Origin: Paraglaciecola sp.
GTDB lineage: Bacteria; Pseudomonadota; Gammaproteobacteria; Enterobacterales; Alteromonadaceae
NCBI GenBank assembly: GCA_034111785.1
Contig: JAWUWP010000020.1
Coordinates: forward strand, 18,735-82,734
Direction of reading: 5' to 3'
DNA: 64,000 bases
Shown here: piece after piece, positions 20,832 through 30,422 of the stretch
Layout: the number at the start of each line of letters is the position of its first letter
Position numbering within the stretch: position 1 is the stretch's first letter
Program-made: the position numbers and the translations under genes
The notes under the pieces: generated by a model
Databases searched by the model: none
What the model was told of the DNA's origin: nothing
Seen by the model: the letters and a program-made list of their open reading frames with translations, nothing else

Positions 20832-22370
20832 ATGATATTAGCTGAAACGCCTCGCAGAAAGTTAGTGACCCAGCTGGTGAGTTGGGGCCATTGGTTTACC
20901 CTACTCAATATCATTATTGCGATCACCATCGCCTCAATCTATATTCTGAACTCGCCCTCTCCTGGCACTGTGCTAGGCAAGGTATATTTGTTTATTAACT
21001 GGCTAAGCCATATTGGTTTTTTAACCTTTTTTGCCTTCGTTATTCTGATATTACCATTATGTTATCTGGTGACTAATGCCAAACTTGTTAAGGCGCTAAG
21101 CTCTATTATAGCGGCAATAGGCTTAGCTCTATTGGCTTTTGATGCACTATTGTACAACAAATATGCGGTGCATCTTAGTATCAACTCAGCAGAATTGATC
21201 CGCAGTGAAGCACAAACCGTCATAGCCCAGTTTGGTTGGCAGCAGTGGGGCTTCCTATCATTGCTGTTTCTCGCCTGGTTATCTTTTCAACTGATTGCAG
21301 CTAATGCCTTGTGGCAAAGAATAGAGTGCTTACAGAATCGTAAATTAGGCCGCCCTATCTCGGGTTTTTTTGTGGCTTGCTTTGTGGCCAGCCATGCCAT
21401 GCATGTTTGGGCAGACGCTAATTTGTATCAGCCCATAGTCCAGCAAGATAATATGTTCCCCTTGTCTTATCCCGCCACAGCTAAAACCTTGATGGCGAGA
21501 TATAGTTTGTTGGATATCAAAGACTATCAACAACGTAAAACCCTACAGTTCAACCACATCAGTAATAATATCAGTTACCCAGCAGAGACGGTGTATTGCG
21601 CCGTAGAGACCGACAAAAAAGTATTATTGTTAGTCTTAGTCAAGGAGCCTAGCCCAGATAATATTCCCGGATTAAAGCCATTTAAGCAGCATTATGGCCT
21701 ACATTCGAACTTGGCATACGGCATCAACTCAGTATTATATGGTCTGCCTGAGTTCTATCATCAAGCTTTGTCTGACTATGCACCACTACTACTGAGTCTG
21801 CCCCAGTCAATGGGCTTAAAGGTATCTCTGTATCTGGATCCAGCCAACCAACCGCCTCATTTAGCGGCATTTAACTCAGACTGGTCAGGCTTTCGCCAAG
21901 GCTTACAAACAGCCCACAGCAACTTAGCAGTAGGCTTTGTAGATAAGGCTCAATTAAAAACATTGATGACCCCCGAAGTATTCGCAGAATATAAAATAAT
22001 GATCACCAGTTTAGCCAGTCAAGAAAACATGAATAGCACACTATGGACTAACTTTGATAACCATAAGCCCCTATCCAGCCATGAAGATTTGGCCCCTACT
22101 GCCCTCAACCTGTTAGGTTGTGCGACCAGAAGTAGAGCCTATAGCACTGGGACCAACCTGACGGATAAAACTGTCAGTCGTTATGTGGTGAGCACCAGAA
22201 GCAATAAAGTCATACTGTTAAATAATGGTCAACGCATTGAAGTGATGACCAATGGTAATGTGCGTATTTTTGAACTCAGTTCAGGAAACGAACTGTTCGA
22301 TCAGCCTGATACCAACTTACTAAGTCAAGCTATCAAACACCTGAGTCATTTTTCTGCAAAGCGCCCTTAG
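20832..22370 (+). CDS. yejM: YejM/LapC-family inner membrane protein (DUF3413)
   Basis: QLVSWGHWF, five TMs, FPLSYPATAKT. The periplasmic domain is short and divergent. Confidence 0.88.
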   Translation: MILAETPRRKLVTQLVSWGHWFTLLNIIIAITIASIYILNSPSPGTVLGKVYLFINWLSHIGFLTFFAFVILILPLCYLVTNAKLVKALSSIIAAIGLALLAFDALLYNKYAVHLSINSAELIRSEAQTVIAQFGWQQWGFLSLLFLAWLSFQLIAANALWQRIECLQNRKLGRPISGFFVACFVASHAMHVWADANLYQPIVQQDNMFPLSYPATAKTLMARYSLLDIKDYQQRKTLQFNHISNNISYPAETVYCAVETDKKVLLLVLVKEPSPDNIPGLKPFKQHYGLHSNLAYGINSVLYGLPEFYHQALSDYAPLLLSLPQSMGLKVSLYLDPANQPPHLAAFNSDWSGFRQGLQTAHSNLAVGFVDKAQLKTLMTPEVFAEYKIMITSLASQENMNSTLWTNFDNHKPLSSHEDLAPTALNLLGCATRSRAYSTGTNLTDKTVSRYVVSTRSNKVILLNNGQRIEVMTNGNVRIFELSSGNELFDQPDTNLLSQAIKHLSHFSAKRP

Positions 22371-22414
22371 CACCCCCAACAAAGCCACGGATGTTTGAAT
22401 AGTTCAATATCTCC

Positions 22415-22471
22415 TTGACAGAGTGAACCAACACCACTAACCTAAATGATAACGATTATCATTTAGGTTAG
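22415..22471 (+). promoter_or_regulatory. sigma70 promoter overlapped by a Fur box
   Basis: TTGACA (22415-22420), 17-bp spacer, TAACCT (22438-22443). Perfect inverted repeat CTAACCTAAATGATAA-CGA-TTATCATTTAGGTTAG (22437-22471) containing AATGATAAnnATTATCATT. Confidence 0.85.
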
Positions 22472-22476
22472 GCACT

Positions 22477-22875
22477 ATGTCTCAAGTCTACAGTTATGCT
22501 TTTTACAAATTCGAAATGGCGGTGCGCTGTGGCGAATGTCTCAATGACAATTTGCACACTATTAGCTATTACGTCTATCTTGGCATCGAGCGAGCTAAAG
22601 GTTATACCCAGTTAACTCACACAAGCTCGGCTTATCTGCGTGTGGTTGATACATTAGTCGAAACTATGTGCGATCCACTATTACCTATTGTCTGGCGCCA
22701 CCAATGTTACACCTACATCAAACGTATGATGCCCTTGCTGTATGAAATATTGGCTGCGCAAGCATACCAACAAAAAATCGCGGAAATCACCACTTACTTT
22801 GATTTTTTCCTAAACCATAACGCACGGCAACCCACGCTCAAGAAGGGGGTTTCCCCTTCTCAAAAAAAACCCTAA
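22477..22875 (+). CDS. hypothetical protein, FagA-like, probably Fur-regulated
   Basis: 132 aa. AVRCG and TLVETMCDPLLPIVWRHQC resemble recalled Pseudomonas FagA motifs (IRCG; LL....D.ALPWHWR..C). The ATG lies 5 bp after the Fur palindrome. Confidence 0.6.
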   Translation: MSQVYSYAFYKFEMAVRCGECLNDNLHTISYYVYLGIERAKGYTQLTHTSSAYLRVVDTLVETMCDPLLPIVWRHQCYTYIKRMMPLLYEILAAQAYQQKIAEITTYFDFFLNHNARQPTLKKGVSPSQKKP

Positions 22876-22898
22876 ACCAGCCGTTATCGGAGCCTGTT

Positions 22899-23372
22899 AT
22901 GTCAGATCATCAATACCTTTGTGTAAAACATAGAACTTGGGTCAATGCTCACCCTAAAGAAGCTTTTAATACTTTGCTGCAGATGACAACAGTGGCAGAA
23001 ATATTGTTGCAACAAACTGATTATCAACAAGCCATTCCCTTATTAGGCAGTGCCTTTGAAACCGCCGAAATCATATTTGATCAAGGCATAGAGTCACCCC
23101 AACTCACCACCAGTTTCACCTCACTGGGCATAATGCTGGCCCATGCCTACGCGTCAGCTTATAGGTTTGATATGGCGTCTGGATTGTTACAAAAACTGCA
23201 AAATAAAATGCAAATGTCCATGCAAGAAGCCGGTGATTATGAAACAAAAAGCGCTTTTTTCCGCCACTGTTGTAGCGCTATTGCAGAAGCAGAGTTAGAA
23301 ATTCTGGCCTGTTCAGAGTCGCCGGTTAACGGGCGATTTCAGCCATTTCAACCATTTCAGCAACTTCATTAA
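22899..23372 (+). CDS. hypothetical helical (TPR-like) protein with N-terminal CxxH
   Basis: 157 aa, GGAG RBS, YLCVKHRTW, A.PLLGSAFETAEI helical-repeat pattern. 23 bp after the previous gene. Confidence 0.65.
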   Translation: MSDHQYLCVKHRTWVNAHPKEAFNTLLQMTTVAEILLQQTDYQQAIPLLGSAFETAEIIFDQGIESPQLTTSFTSLGIMLAHAYASAYRFDMASGLLQKLQNKMQMSMQEAGDYETKSAFFRHCCSAIAEAELEILACSESPVNGRFQPFQPFQQLH

Positions 23373-23404
23373 AAGGCACAAATTGGCTGAGGGACGACCT
23401 CGAT

Positions 23405-24259
23405 TTAAGCCGCTAATTTAACCAATATCTGAATATCAAAATCAGCAGTGACCTGTTCTACATTCTCTAACAGCCATTGCTTTTTCTGTGGGGTGGCTGA
23501 CCAATAATAAGGGGTCATCATCAACAAGTTTTCTCGCTCGGCTGGGCTGCTTAATTTCAGCTCAAAACTCAATGCTTTTTGCTGCACAAGGGCAAAGCCC
23601 GCGGGTATCTTTTGATTGGTTTTATGGGGAGTAACTTGGTCATATATTGCTTGCTTAAATTGCTGTAAGTGCCCTTTACCCGGGTTAACTCTGATCCATA
23701 CTGCGCCGACTTTGAGCACCCGAAAAACCTCTGTCTCACTGCTAGGGGCAAAGATTTGTAATACCCCATTTTGACTCAAATCGCCCACAGGCAAGTGATA
23801 GGTGCTGGCCACGGCAAACTGATATTGTGGATATTTTTTTGCGGCTTTTTGCACTGCTACTTTTGCAATATCGATACCGCTAGCCCGTATTTCGAGATCC
23901 TGGGATTTGATAACTTGACTGACGCAATCCAAATAATAGCCCTCTCCACAACCGGCATCAAAAAAGGCTAAGGCCTGATCCTGAGTCTGCTGTTGGCCAT
24001 GTTCTAAGAATAACGCGGCCACAGTATTGGCTAAAGGTTGGTAATGGCCTTGTTGCAAGAATAATCTGCGAGCATTGACCATCTGTTTGTTGTCACCGGG
24101 CTCTTTGCTGTTTTTATGTTGGGCCAACAATAAGTTTACATAGCCTTCTTTGGCCATATCAAAACTATGTTTATTGTCACAACAAAACACCCCCTTATCT
24201 AAACGCAAGTCACCTCCGCAAGAGGGGCATATCCAATCAATAGTGCTAGTAGTAAACAT
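23405..24259 (-). CDS. rlmA: 23S rRNA (guanine745-N1)-methyltransferase
   Basis: Zn finger CPSC...C.NKHSFD.AKEGYVNLL, PGDNKQMV.ARR.FL, DAGCGEGYY, LLMMTPYYW. Start moved to 24259. Confidence 0.9.
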   Translation of the reverse strand: MFTTSTIDWICPSCGGDLRLDKGVFCCDNKHSFDMAKEGYVNLLLAQHKNSKEPGDNKQMVNARRLFLQQGHYQPLANTVAALFLEHGQQQTQDQALAFFDAGCGEGYYLDCVSQVIKSQDLEIRASGIDIAKVAVQKAAKKYPQYQFAVASTYHLPVGDLSQNGVLQIFAPSSETEVFRVLKVGAVWIRVNPGKGHLQQFKQAIYDQVTPHKTNQKIPAGFALVQQKALSFELKLSSPAERENLLMMTPYYWSATPQKKQWLLENVEQVTADFDIQILVKLAA

Positions 24260-24406
24260 AGGAGAATTTTTGACTCTATAGGTAAAACTGATTATTGTAG
24301 CATTATCTAAAAAGCCCCCGTTTAAAATAGCTGGTGTTATCGACCATAAACCTAAATTAACCCTGTTGATTGCAGAGATCCACTCAATGCTCATCCCATC
24401 TAAGGT

Positions 24407-27400
24407 ATGCCGTTAATGTTCAGATTGACTTTGTTTATTTTACTATTAGTTGCCCAACAACTTAGTGCTAGCCCGGGTTATTATCGCTATCCAAGTTTGT
24501 ATGAAAATACAGCAGTATTCACCGCTGAGGGCGACCTATGGAAAATGCAAATAGGCGACCAATATGCGCAACGATTAACCACCCATATAGCCGAAGAGCG
24601 TGAGTCTGCTATTTCTGCCGATGGCCAATGGATCGCTTTTGTGGCCAGCTATGACGGGGCTTCCGAGGTCTATGTGATGCCCATGCAAGGGGGCATGGCC
24701 AAACGTGTCAGTTTTGAAAATGTGGGCACTAAAGTACATGGCTGGACGACAGACGGTAAAATACTGTATAGCTACAACGGCCGAGTCGGTCCGGCGGGAA
24801 ATTGGACCTTACGTTTGGTAGAGCCGGTCACCTTGTTAACCACCACTATTCCTTTAGCAGACGCGGTACAGGGCAATATTTCAACCACCGGAGATATGCT
24901 GTATTTCAGCCAATTTGGTTTGCAAGTTTCTACCGACAACGCTAAGGCCTACAAAGGTGGAGCCAAGGGCGAGTTATGGAAGTACGCTTTAGGTTCAAAA
25001 CAAGAAGCCACACAGTTAACTAGAAAACATAAAGGGTCCGCGCACTCCCCTATGGTGTCTGCCAAGCGTTTGTATTTTATTAGCAATCAAAGTGGCAGCG
25101 ACAATATTTGGTCGATGAAGTTAAATGGCAGAGATCAAAGACAACATACCCAATATGCAGAATGGGCCGTCAGAAGCGCCCGTTTGCAAGGCAATCAAAT
25201 CATCTATCAATTGGGTGCAGACTTACATATTTACCACATACTGGATAAAAAAAGTCAGCCATTGGATATTCGCCTCACATCGGATTTTACCAACCTAAGG
25301 CAGCGTTGGGTGAAGGATCCATTAAAATATCTGACCTCAGCTAAACAAGCAGGCACTGCTAAAAAAGTGGTGCTCACCGCCAGAGGTCGCATCGCTATCG
25401 CCAGCAGTGACGGTTCTCGTTTGATTGAGATAGCCACCGAAAAAGATTCACGGAGCCGTAAAGCGCTATTAAGTCATGATCAGCAGTATGTCTATGGGCT
25501 GAATGACAGTTCCGGAGAGTTGGAAATATGGCAATATCCCGCAGATGGTTCCACCGCCGGCAAACAACTCACCGAAGACGGCAGCATATTCCGGTGGGAT
25601 CTTTATCTTTCTCCCGATGGCAAATTTATTGCCCATGACGATAAAAATGGCGACTTATGGTTACTCAACCTTGACACACTAGACAATAAAAAGATCTTGT
25701 CTCAAAATAATAGCAACTTTCCTATCTCCTCCTTAACCTGGTCCTCTAATAGCCAGTTGATTGCCCTGACACGGCACCATATTAATTCTGAGCGTAAGCA
25801 AGTGTTATTAATAGAGGTGGCAACTAACCAACAAAAAGTGCTCACTAGTGAAAAATATGAGTCTTTTTCTCCGGCGTTTAGCCGTGATTCAAAATGGCTA
25901 TACTTTTTATCTAATCGCCATTTCAACCCTTATCCAAGAGGACCTTGGGGGGATCGCAATATGGGTCCGGTCTTCGATAGACGTACCGAAATCTTTGCTA
26001 TTGCCTTACAAAAAGACGCAAAGTTTGCATTCGAAACCCCGAATGAACTATCCCCGAAAAGCGATAGCCACACTGCTAAAGAAACCGATAAAAATGAAGG
26101 AGTTAAGCCAGATACGGCGCACAAAGCTGGCCTTGCAACAAAACACAATACTCACAGCAAAGACAGCTCACCAACCAAACAGATCACAATAGACTGGCAT
26201 GATATTGAGCAGCGTTTATGGCAAGTGCCGGTTATCTCAGGAAATTACTCGAAACTGGTGACTAACAAAAGCTTTTTATATGTATTGGATAAAATCACAG
26301 AGCCTGACAGTAAGCCTACCCTCAAAACCATTTCATTGCAGCCCGCTAAAACGCAGATCAAACCGAAAATTTCCACGTTTTTAGCTGGGGTACAAGACTT
26401 TAGTGTCTCCGAGGATGGTAAGTCTCTGTTTGTACGCATGATAGGCGAACAAAAAGCCATGTTTATTGTGGCCGCGGGAGCAAAATTTCCAGCCGCTGCC
26501 AATCAAGCCAAATTAGCGACTGCAGACTGGAAATTGCACATTGACCCTAGGCAAGAATGGCAGCAAATATTCCACGATGCTTGGCTTATGCATCGGGATT
26601 CTTTTTTCGACAAAAATATGCGTGGCCTGGACTGGGCGGCAGTCAAACAAAAGTATCAACCCTTGTTGAGCAGATTGACCCAGCGCAATGAATTGAACGA
26701 TATATTTAAACAAATGATGGGGGAATTAAATGCCTTACACTCCCAAGTGCGGGGCGGGGATCTGCCGCTGGACGTCAATGCTGCTAAACCGGCCTGGTTG
26801 GGCGCAAGTTATCGACAAACCGACCAAGGGGTGAAGATAGAACACATCTATATTGGCGACGCTGAATTAGTCAAAACTCTGCCACCATTAGCCAGACCAG
26901 GCATTGACGCGCAGTCGGGGGATATTATTGAGGCGATAAATGGCCAGAAAATCGACAAGATCGCCGAGCTGGTCTTAGCCCTGCAAAATCAAGGGGGTAA
27001 ACAGGTGCGCCTGAGCCTTAAGCGACAGGATAACAGCCACCAGACTATAGTGGTGCCAAGTTCAAATCGAGCAGATTATTTCCATCGCTATCTTGACTGG
27101 GTCACCGCCAATCAAAGAAAAGTGCAGCAAGCTGACAAAGCGCTGGGATACCTGCATTTGCGAGCAATGGGCGCCAACGACGTGGCGACTTTTGCCAGAG
27201 AATTTTATGCACAATATAAGAAACAGGGTCTCATTATTGATGTTAGGCGCAACAATGGTGGCAACGTGGATAGCTGGCTGATTGAGAAATTATTAAAACG
27301 CGCCTGGTCATTTTGGCAAGTACGGGATGGCCAGCCCTTCAGTAATATGCAGCAGGCGTTTAGAGGGCATTTGGTAGTATTGGCCGATGAATTCACTTAC

Positions 27401-27763
27401 TCAGATGGCGAAACCTTTGTGGCGGGCATAAAAGCACTAGAACTGGGGACAGTGATAGGTAAACAAACCGCAGGAGCGGGAGTATGGTTAACGGCTCGTA
27501 ATCGTCAAAGCGACAATGGCATTGCCAGGGTTGCTGAGCTGCCGGTCTATGCTATGGATGGACGTTGGATCACCGAAGCGCGAGGGATCTCACCAGATAT
27601 CGAAGTGCATAACTTGCCCCATGCCACTTTTAATGGCAAAGATGCACAACTTGACGCGGCCATGAAATATTTGCAGAACAAAATACGCAAAGATCCGGTC
27701 AAACCTATGCAAACCAAACCTTTTCCTAGAGGGGTGGCACCGGCTGCTGACATACTCGACTAA
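24407..27763 (+). CDS. exported tricorn protease homologue (S41 peptidase)
   Basis: Signal peptide, GYYRYPSL..VFTAEGDLW, propeller repeats, MMGELNALH, PDZ, IIDVRRNNGG, YSDGE catalytic Ser, G..PDIEV, DAQL. Confidence 0.93.
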   Translation: MPLMFRLTLFILLLVAQQLSASPGYYRYPSLYENTAVFTAEGDLWKMQIGDQYAQRLTTHIAEERESAISADGQWIAFVASYDGASEVYVMPMQGGMAKRVSFENVGTKVHGWTTDGKILYSYNGRVGPAGNWTLRLVEPVTLLTTTIPLADAVQGNISTTGDMLYFSQFGLQVSTDNAKAYKGGAKGELWKYALGSKQEATQLTRKHKGSAHSPMVSAKRLYFISNQSGSDNIWSMKLNGRDQRQHTQYAEWAVRSARLQGNQIIYQLGADLHIYHILDKKSQPLDIRLTSDFTNLRQRWVKDPLKYLTSAKQAGTAKKVVLTARGRIAIASSDGSRLIEIATEKDSRSRKALLSHDQQYVYGLNDSSGELEIWQYPADGSTAGKQLTEDGSIFRWDLYLSPDGKFIAHDDKNGDLWLLNLDTLDNKKILSQNNSNFPISSLTWSSNSQLIALTRHHINSERKQVLLIEVATNQQKVLTSEKYESFSPAFSRDSKWLYFLSNRHFNPYPRGPWGDRNMGPVFDRRTEIFAIALQKDAKFAFETPNELSPKSDSHTAKETDKNEGVKPDTAHKAGLATKHNTHSKDSSPTKQITIDWHDIEQRLWQVPVISGNYSKLVTNKSFLYVLDKITEPDSKPTLKTISLQPAKTQIKPKISTFLAGVQDFSVSEDGKSLFVRMIGEQKAMFIVAAGAKFPAAANQAKLATADWKLHIDPRQEWQQIFHDAWLMHRDSFFDKNMRGLDWAAVKQKYQPLLSRLTQRNELNDIFKQMMGELNALHSQVRGGDLPLDVNAAKPAWLGASYRQTDQGVKIEHIYIGDAELVKTLPPLARPGIDAQSGDIIEAINGQKIDKIAELVLALQNQGGKQVRLSLKRQDNSHQTIVVPSSNRADYFHRYLDWVTANQRKVQQADKALGYLHLRAMGANDVATFAREFYAQYKKQGLIIDVRRNNGGNVDSWLIEKLLKRAWSFWQVRDGQPFSNMQQAFRGHLVVLADEFTYSDGETFVAGIKALELGTVIGKQTAGAGVWLTARNRQSDNGIARVAELPVYAMDGRWITEARGISPDIEVHNLPHATFNGKDAQLDAAMKYLQNKIRKDPVKPMQTKPFPRGVAPAADILD

Positions 27764-27806
27764 CAATACGCTGATGCAACCAGAACCCATTATAAGGTGA
27801 CATATT

Positions 27807-28715
27807 ATGCTAAAAACCTGTGCCGTTTTGTGGCTTACATTAGTCTGTGTCAATAGCTACGCCAATAACTGTCAAAGTCAGGAACTTAAGTTACAGATCC
27901 TGGGCTCAGGGGGCCCGGAGATAAACGATGGCCGACTCTCTAGTAGTTATCTTATTTGGCACAACAATAAAGCGAGGGTGTTAGTGGACGCAGGCCCAGG
28001 TGCCAGCATTGCCTTTGGAGAAAGTGGCGCCAAGTTTGAAGACTTACAGGCAGTGTTACTGACCCATCTGCATGTGGATCACAGCGCCGACTTACCGGCC
28101 TTTATAAAAGGGGGATTCTTTACCTCTAGACAAACAGCCTTGCCTGTATATGGGCCAGCGGCTAATGACTTGATGCCCGCCACCAGCGAATATCTGCAAA
28201 GCTTGTTAGGCCCAGCCGGAGCTTACCCTTACCTTAAAGAATATGTCACGCAGACCCAAGGTGCAGCATTTAAAGTGAAGACTATTGATGTGCCCCTTGA
28301 GCGGCAAAAAATAAGCCATTATTCTATTAGTAACGCCATCACCGCCAGTGCCACCTTCGTTCATCATGGACCCGTGGCTGCGGTTGCATGGCGAGTAGAA
28401 GTGGCAGGTTGCTCCATAGTATTTTCTGGAGATATGAGTAATCGCTTTGATGTACTGTCTAGATTAGCTAAAGAGGTCGATCTACTAGTGGCTCACAATG
28501 CTATCCCAGAAGAGGCCTCAAGGGTGGCTCACAACCTACATATGTCGCCATCGGTAATAGGCAAGATAGCCAAGCAAGCTCAGGTCAAGAAACTGATATT
28601 GTCACACTTTATGCTTCGCACAGCAGACCAGCAAGAGCAAAACGTCACCCTTATTGGTAAAGCGTACAAAGGACCCATAGTCTTAGCGGAAGATGGGCTA
28701 GTGGTAAACTTTTAG
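27807..28715 (+). CDS. exported MBL-fold hydrolase (RNase Z / AtsA arylsulfatase-like)
   Basis: Signal peptide, ILGSGGP, VDAGPG, THLHVDH, HHG, FSGD, LHMSP, LSHF. Confidence 0.85.
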   Translation: MLKTCAVLWLTLVCVNSYANNCQSQELKLQILGSGGPEINDGRLSSSYLIWHNNKARVLVDAGPGASIAFGESGAKFEDLQAVLLTHLHVDHSADLPAFIKGGFFTSRQTALPVYGPAANDLMPATSEYLQSLLGPAGAYPYLKEYVTQTQGAAFKVKTIDVPLERQKISHYSISNAITASATFVHHGPVAAVAWRVEVAGCSIVFSGDMSNRFDVLSRLAKEVDLLVAHNAIPEEASRVAHNLHMSPSVIGKIAKQAQVKKLILSHFMLRTADQQEQNVTLIGKAYKGPIVLAEDGLVVNF

Positions 28716-28738
28716 TGTTCGGGGCTTGCCGCTAGGGA

Positions 28739-29500
28739 TTAAACCCTAGTACCGCCATCTAACTCTAAGGTTCTACCAGTGAAGTATTCGTTTTCAAAAA
28801 TAAACTTAGCGGCATGCGCCAACTCATACACATCGGCCAAACGCCCCGCAGGTATGCTTTTCACAAACAATTCGCGCATTTCTGGACGCATTTGCGCTGC
28901 CATGGCGGTTTCCACTAAACCCGGTGCAATACAGCCGGTGCGAATACCGTGGCGAGCCAGCTCTTTACCCCAAGAAACCGTCATAGTGGCCACAGCCGCC
29001 TTAGACGCTGAGTAGTTGGTCTGGCCAACATTGCCAGCCCTAGATACCGATGAAATATTAATGATCACCCCTTTGCTCTTGGTTTCAACCATCTGCACCG
29101 CAGCCTCTCGGCTGCATAAAAAGGTACCAGTCACATTGACGTCCATCACGGATTGGAATTGCTGATGAGACATTTTATCCACCACCTTGCCTTCTTTTAC
29201 TTTTAGCAACATGCCATCTCGCATAATACCGGCACTGTTGATCAAGCCATTAAGGCGACCAAAATCCTCGGTGATCTTGGCAAAACAACCCTCAACTTGT
29301 TGCTCGTCACTGACATCTACCTGATAGGCTTGGGCCTTCACCCCTAAGCTTTCAAGCTCTGCTACCGCCACCTCTAGCCGATCCATTTGCCTGTCTAAGA
29401 GGGCAATATGGGCGCCCTGTTTGGCAAACTCTTGGGCCATGGCTCTGCCTAGCCCTTGGGCAGCGCCTGTTATGGCGATCACTTGATTGGTTAAATTCAT
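28739..29500 (-). CDS. SDR oxidoreductase (IvdG-like 3-hydroxyacyl-CoA dehydrogenase)
   Basis: TGAAQGLG, NSAGIMRDG, GQTNYSASK. Last gene of the ivd operon. Confidence 0.9.
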   Translation of the reverse strand: MNLTNQVIAITGAAQGLGRAMAQEFAKQGAHIALLDRQMDRLEVAVAELESLGVKAQAYQVDVSDEQQVEGCFAKITEDFGRLNGLINSAGIMRDGMLLKVKEGKVVDKMSHQQFQSVMDVNVTGTFLCSREAAVQMVETKSKGVIINISSVSRAGNVGQTNYSASKAAVATMTVSWGKELARHGIRTGCIAPGLVETAMAAQMRPEMRELFVKSIPAGRLADVYELAHAAKFIFENEYFTGRTLELDGGTRV

Positions 29501-30408
29501 TAATTGCTCTCTTGCTTAGAAAATAAGGTGAAAATACTGGAAAAGTCCAAATGCCCGTTTCCTTGTGAGCTATGTTGCGCAAATAGGCTTTGGGCTAATG
29601 CCCCCATAGGAGTGGAGGATTGGCTCCCTTGCCCTGTGAGCATCGCCAAAGCCAAATCTTTTTTCATCAAATCCACGGCAAACCCACCCTGATAACCCTT
29701 TGACGAGGGCACATTGTGCATCACATCTGGGCAGGGATTATAGACTTCTAAGGCCCAATTCCTGCCCGAACTTTGCAACATGATATCCGACATTACGTTT
29801 GGATCCAGGCCGTTATCGATGGCCATTTGTAGGGCTTCACTGGTGCCTAACATCAAGACTGATAACAGCATGTTATTGCAGATCTTAGCCACTTGTCCGG
29901 CGCCATGGGCGCCGGCATGGAAAATGTGTTTGCCCATGGCCTGCAATATGGGTAAGGCTTGGCTGTAATCTGTGTCCTCACCACCCACGATAAAAGTTAA
30001 AGTGCCTGCCTTTGCGCCCCCTACGCCACCGGAGACGGGAGCATCGATAAAGGCTAAGCCAAGCTCAGTTAAAGTCTTAGCAACCTGCCGTGAGGTGGCC
30101 GCATCTATAGTACTTGAATCGATCACTAAGGTGCCTTTTGTTAACTCACCAGCCAATCCATTCTCACCTAAGTACAAGGCCTCAACGTGTTGTCCAGCGG
30201 GTAACATAGAAATCACTATAGTGGCGCCTTGGCTCGCGTGCAGAGCAGAGTCACAGGCCTTGGCACCCATTGTTGCTAGCCTTGACATATTCGCCCTCAC
30301 TAAATCAAAGACCTGCACTCGATGTCCAGCCCTTAATAGATTCTGCGCCATAGGTTGTCCCATATTGCCTAAACCAATAAATGCGATACATTGTGACTGG
30401 GTCGTCAT
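29500..30408 (-). CDS. mmsB: 3-hydroxyisobutyrate dehydrogenase
   Basis: FIGLGNMG, DAPVSGG, AKICNNML, YNP.P, GGF...LM.KDL. Start moved to 30408. Confidence 0.93.
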   Translation of the reverse strand: MTTQSQCIAFIGLGNMGQPMAQNLLRAGHRVQVFDLVRANMSRLATMGAKACDSALHASQGATIVISMLPAGQHVEALYLGENGLAGELTKGTLVIDSSTIDAATSRQVAKTLTELGLAFIDAPVSGGVGGAKAGTLTFIVGGEDTDYSQALPILQAMGKHIFHAGAHGAGQVAKICNNMLLSVLMLGTSEALQMAIDNGLDPNVMSDIMLQSSGRNWALEVYNPCPDVMHNVPSSKGYQGGFAVDLMKKDLALAMLTGQGSQSSTPMGALAQSLFAQHSSQGNGHLDFSSIFTLFSKQESN

Positions 30409-30422
30409 ACCTAGCTCCTTGC

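Noticed and set aside
22371-22476. tRNA-Pro expected after yejM (enterobacterial synteny)
   Set aside because: No cloverleaf or GTTCGAATC T-loop. The space holds a promoter and a Fur box.
24260-24394. 45-aa N-terminal extension of RlmA in the ORF track
   Set aside because: RlmA begins at the Zn finger, and the extension would fill the divergent promoter region of the tricorn gene.
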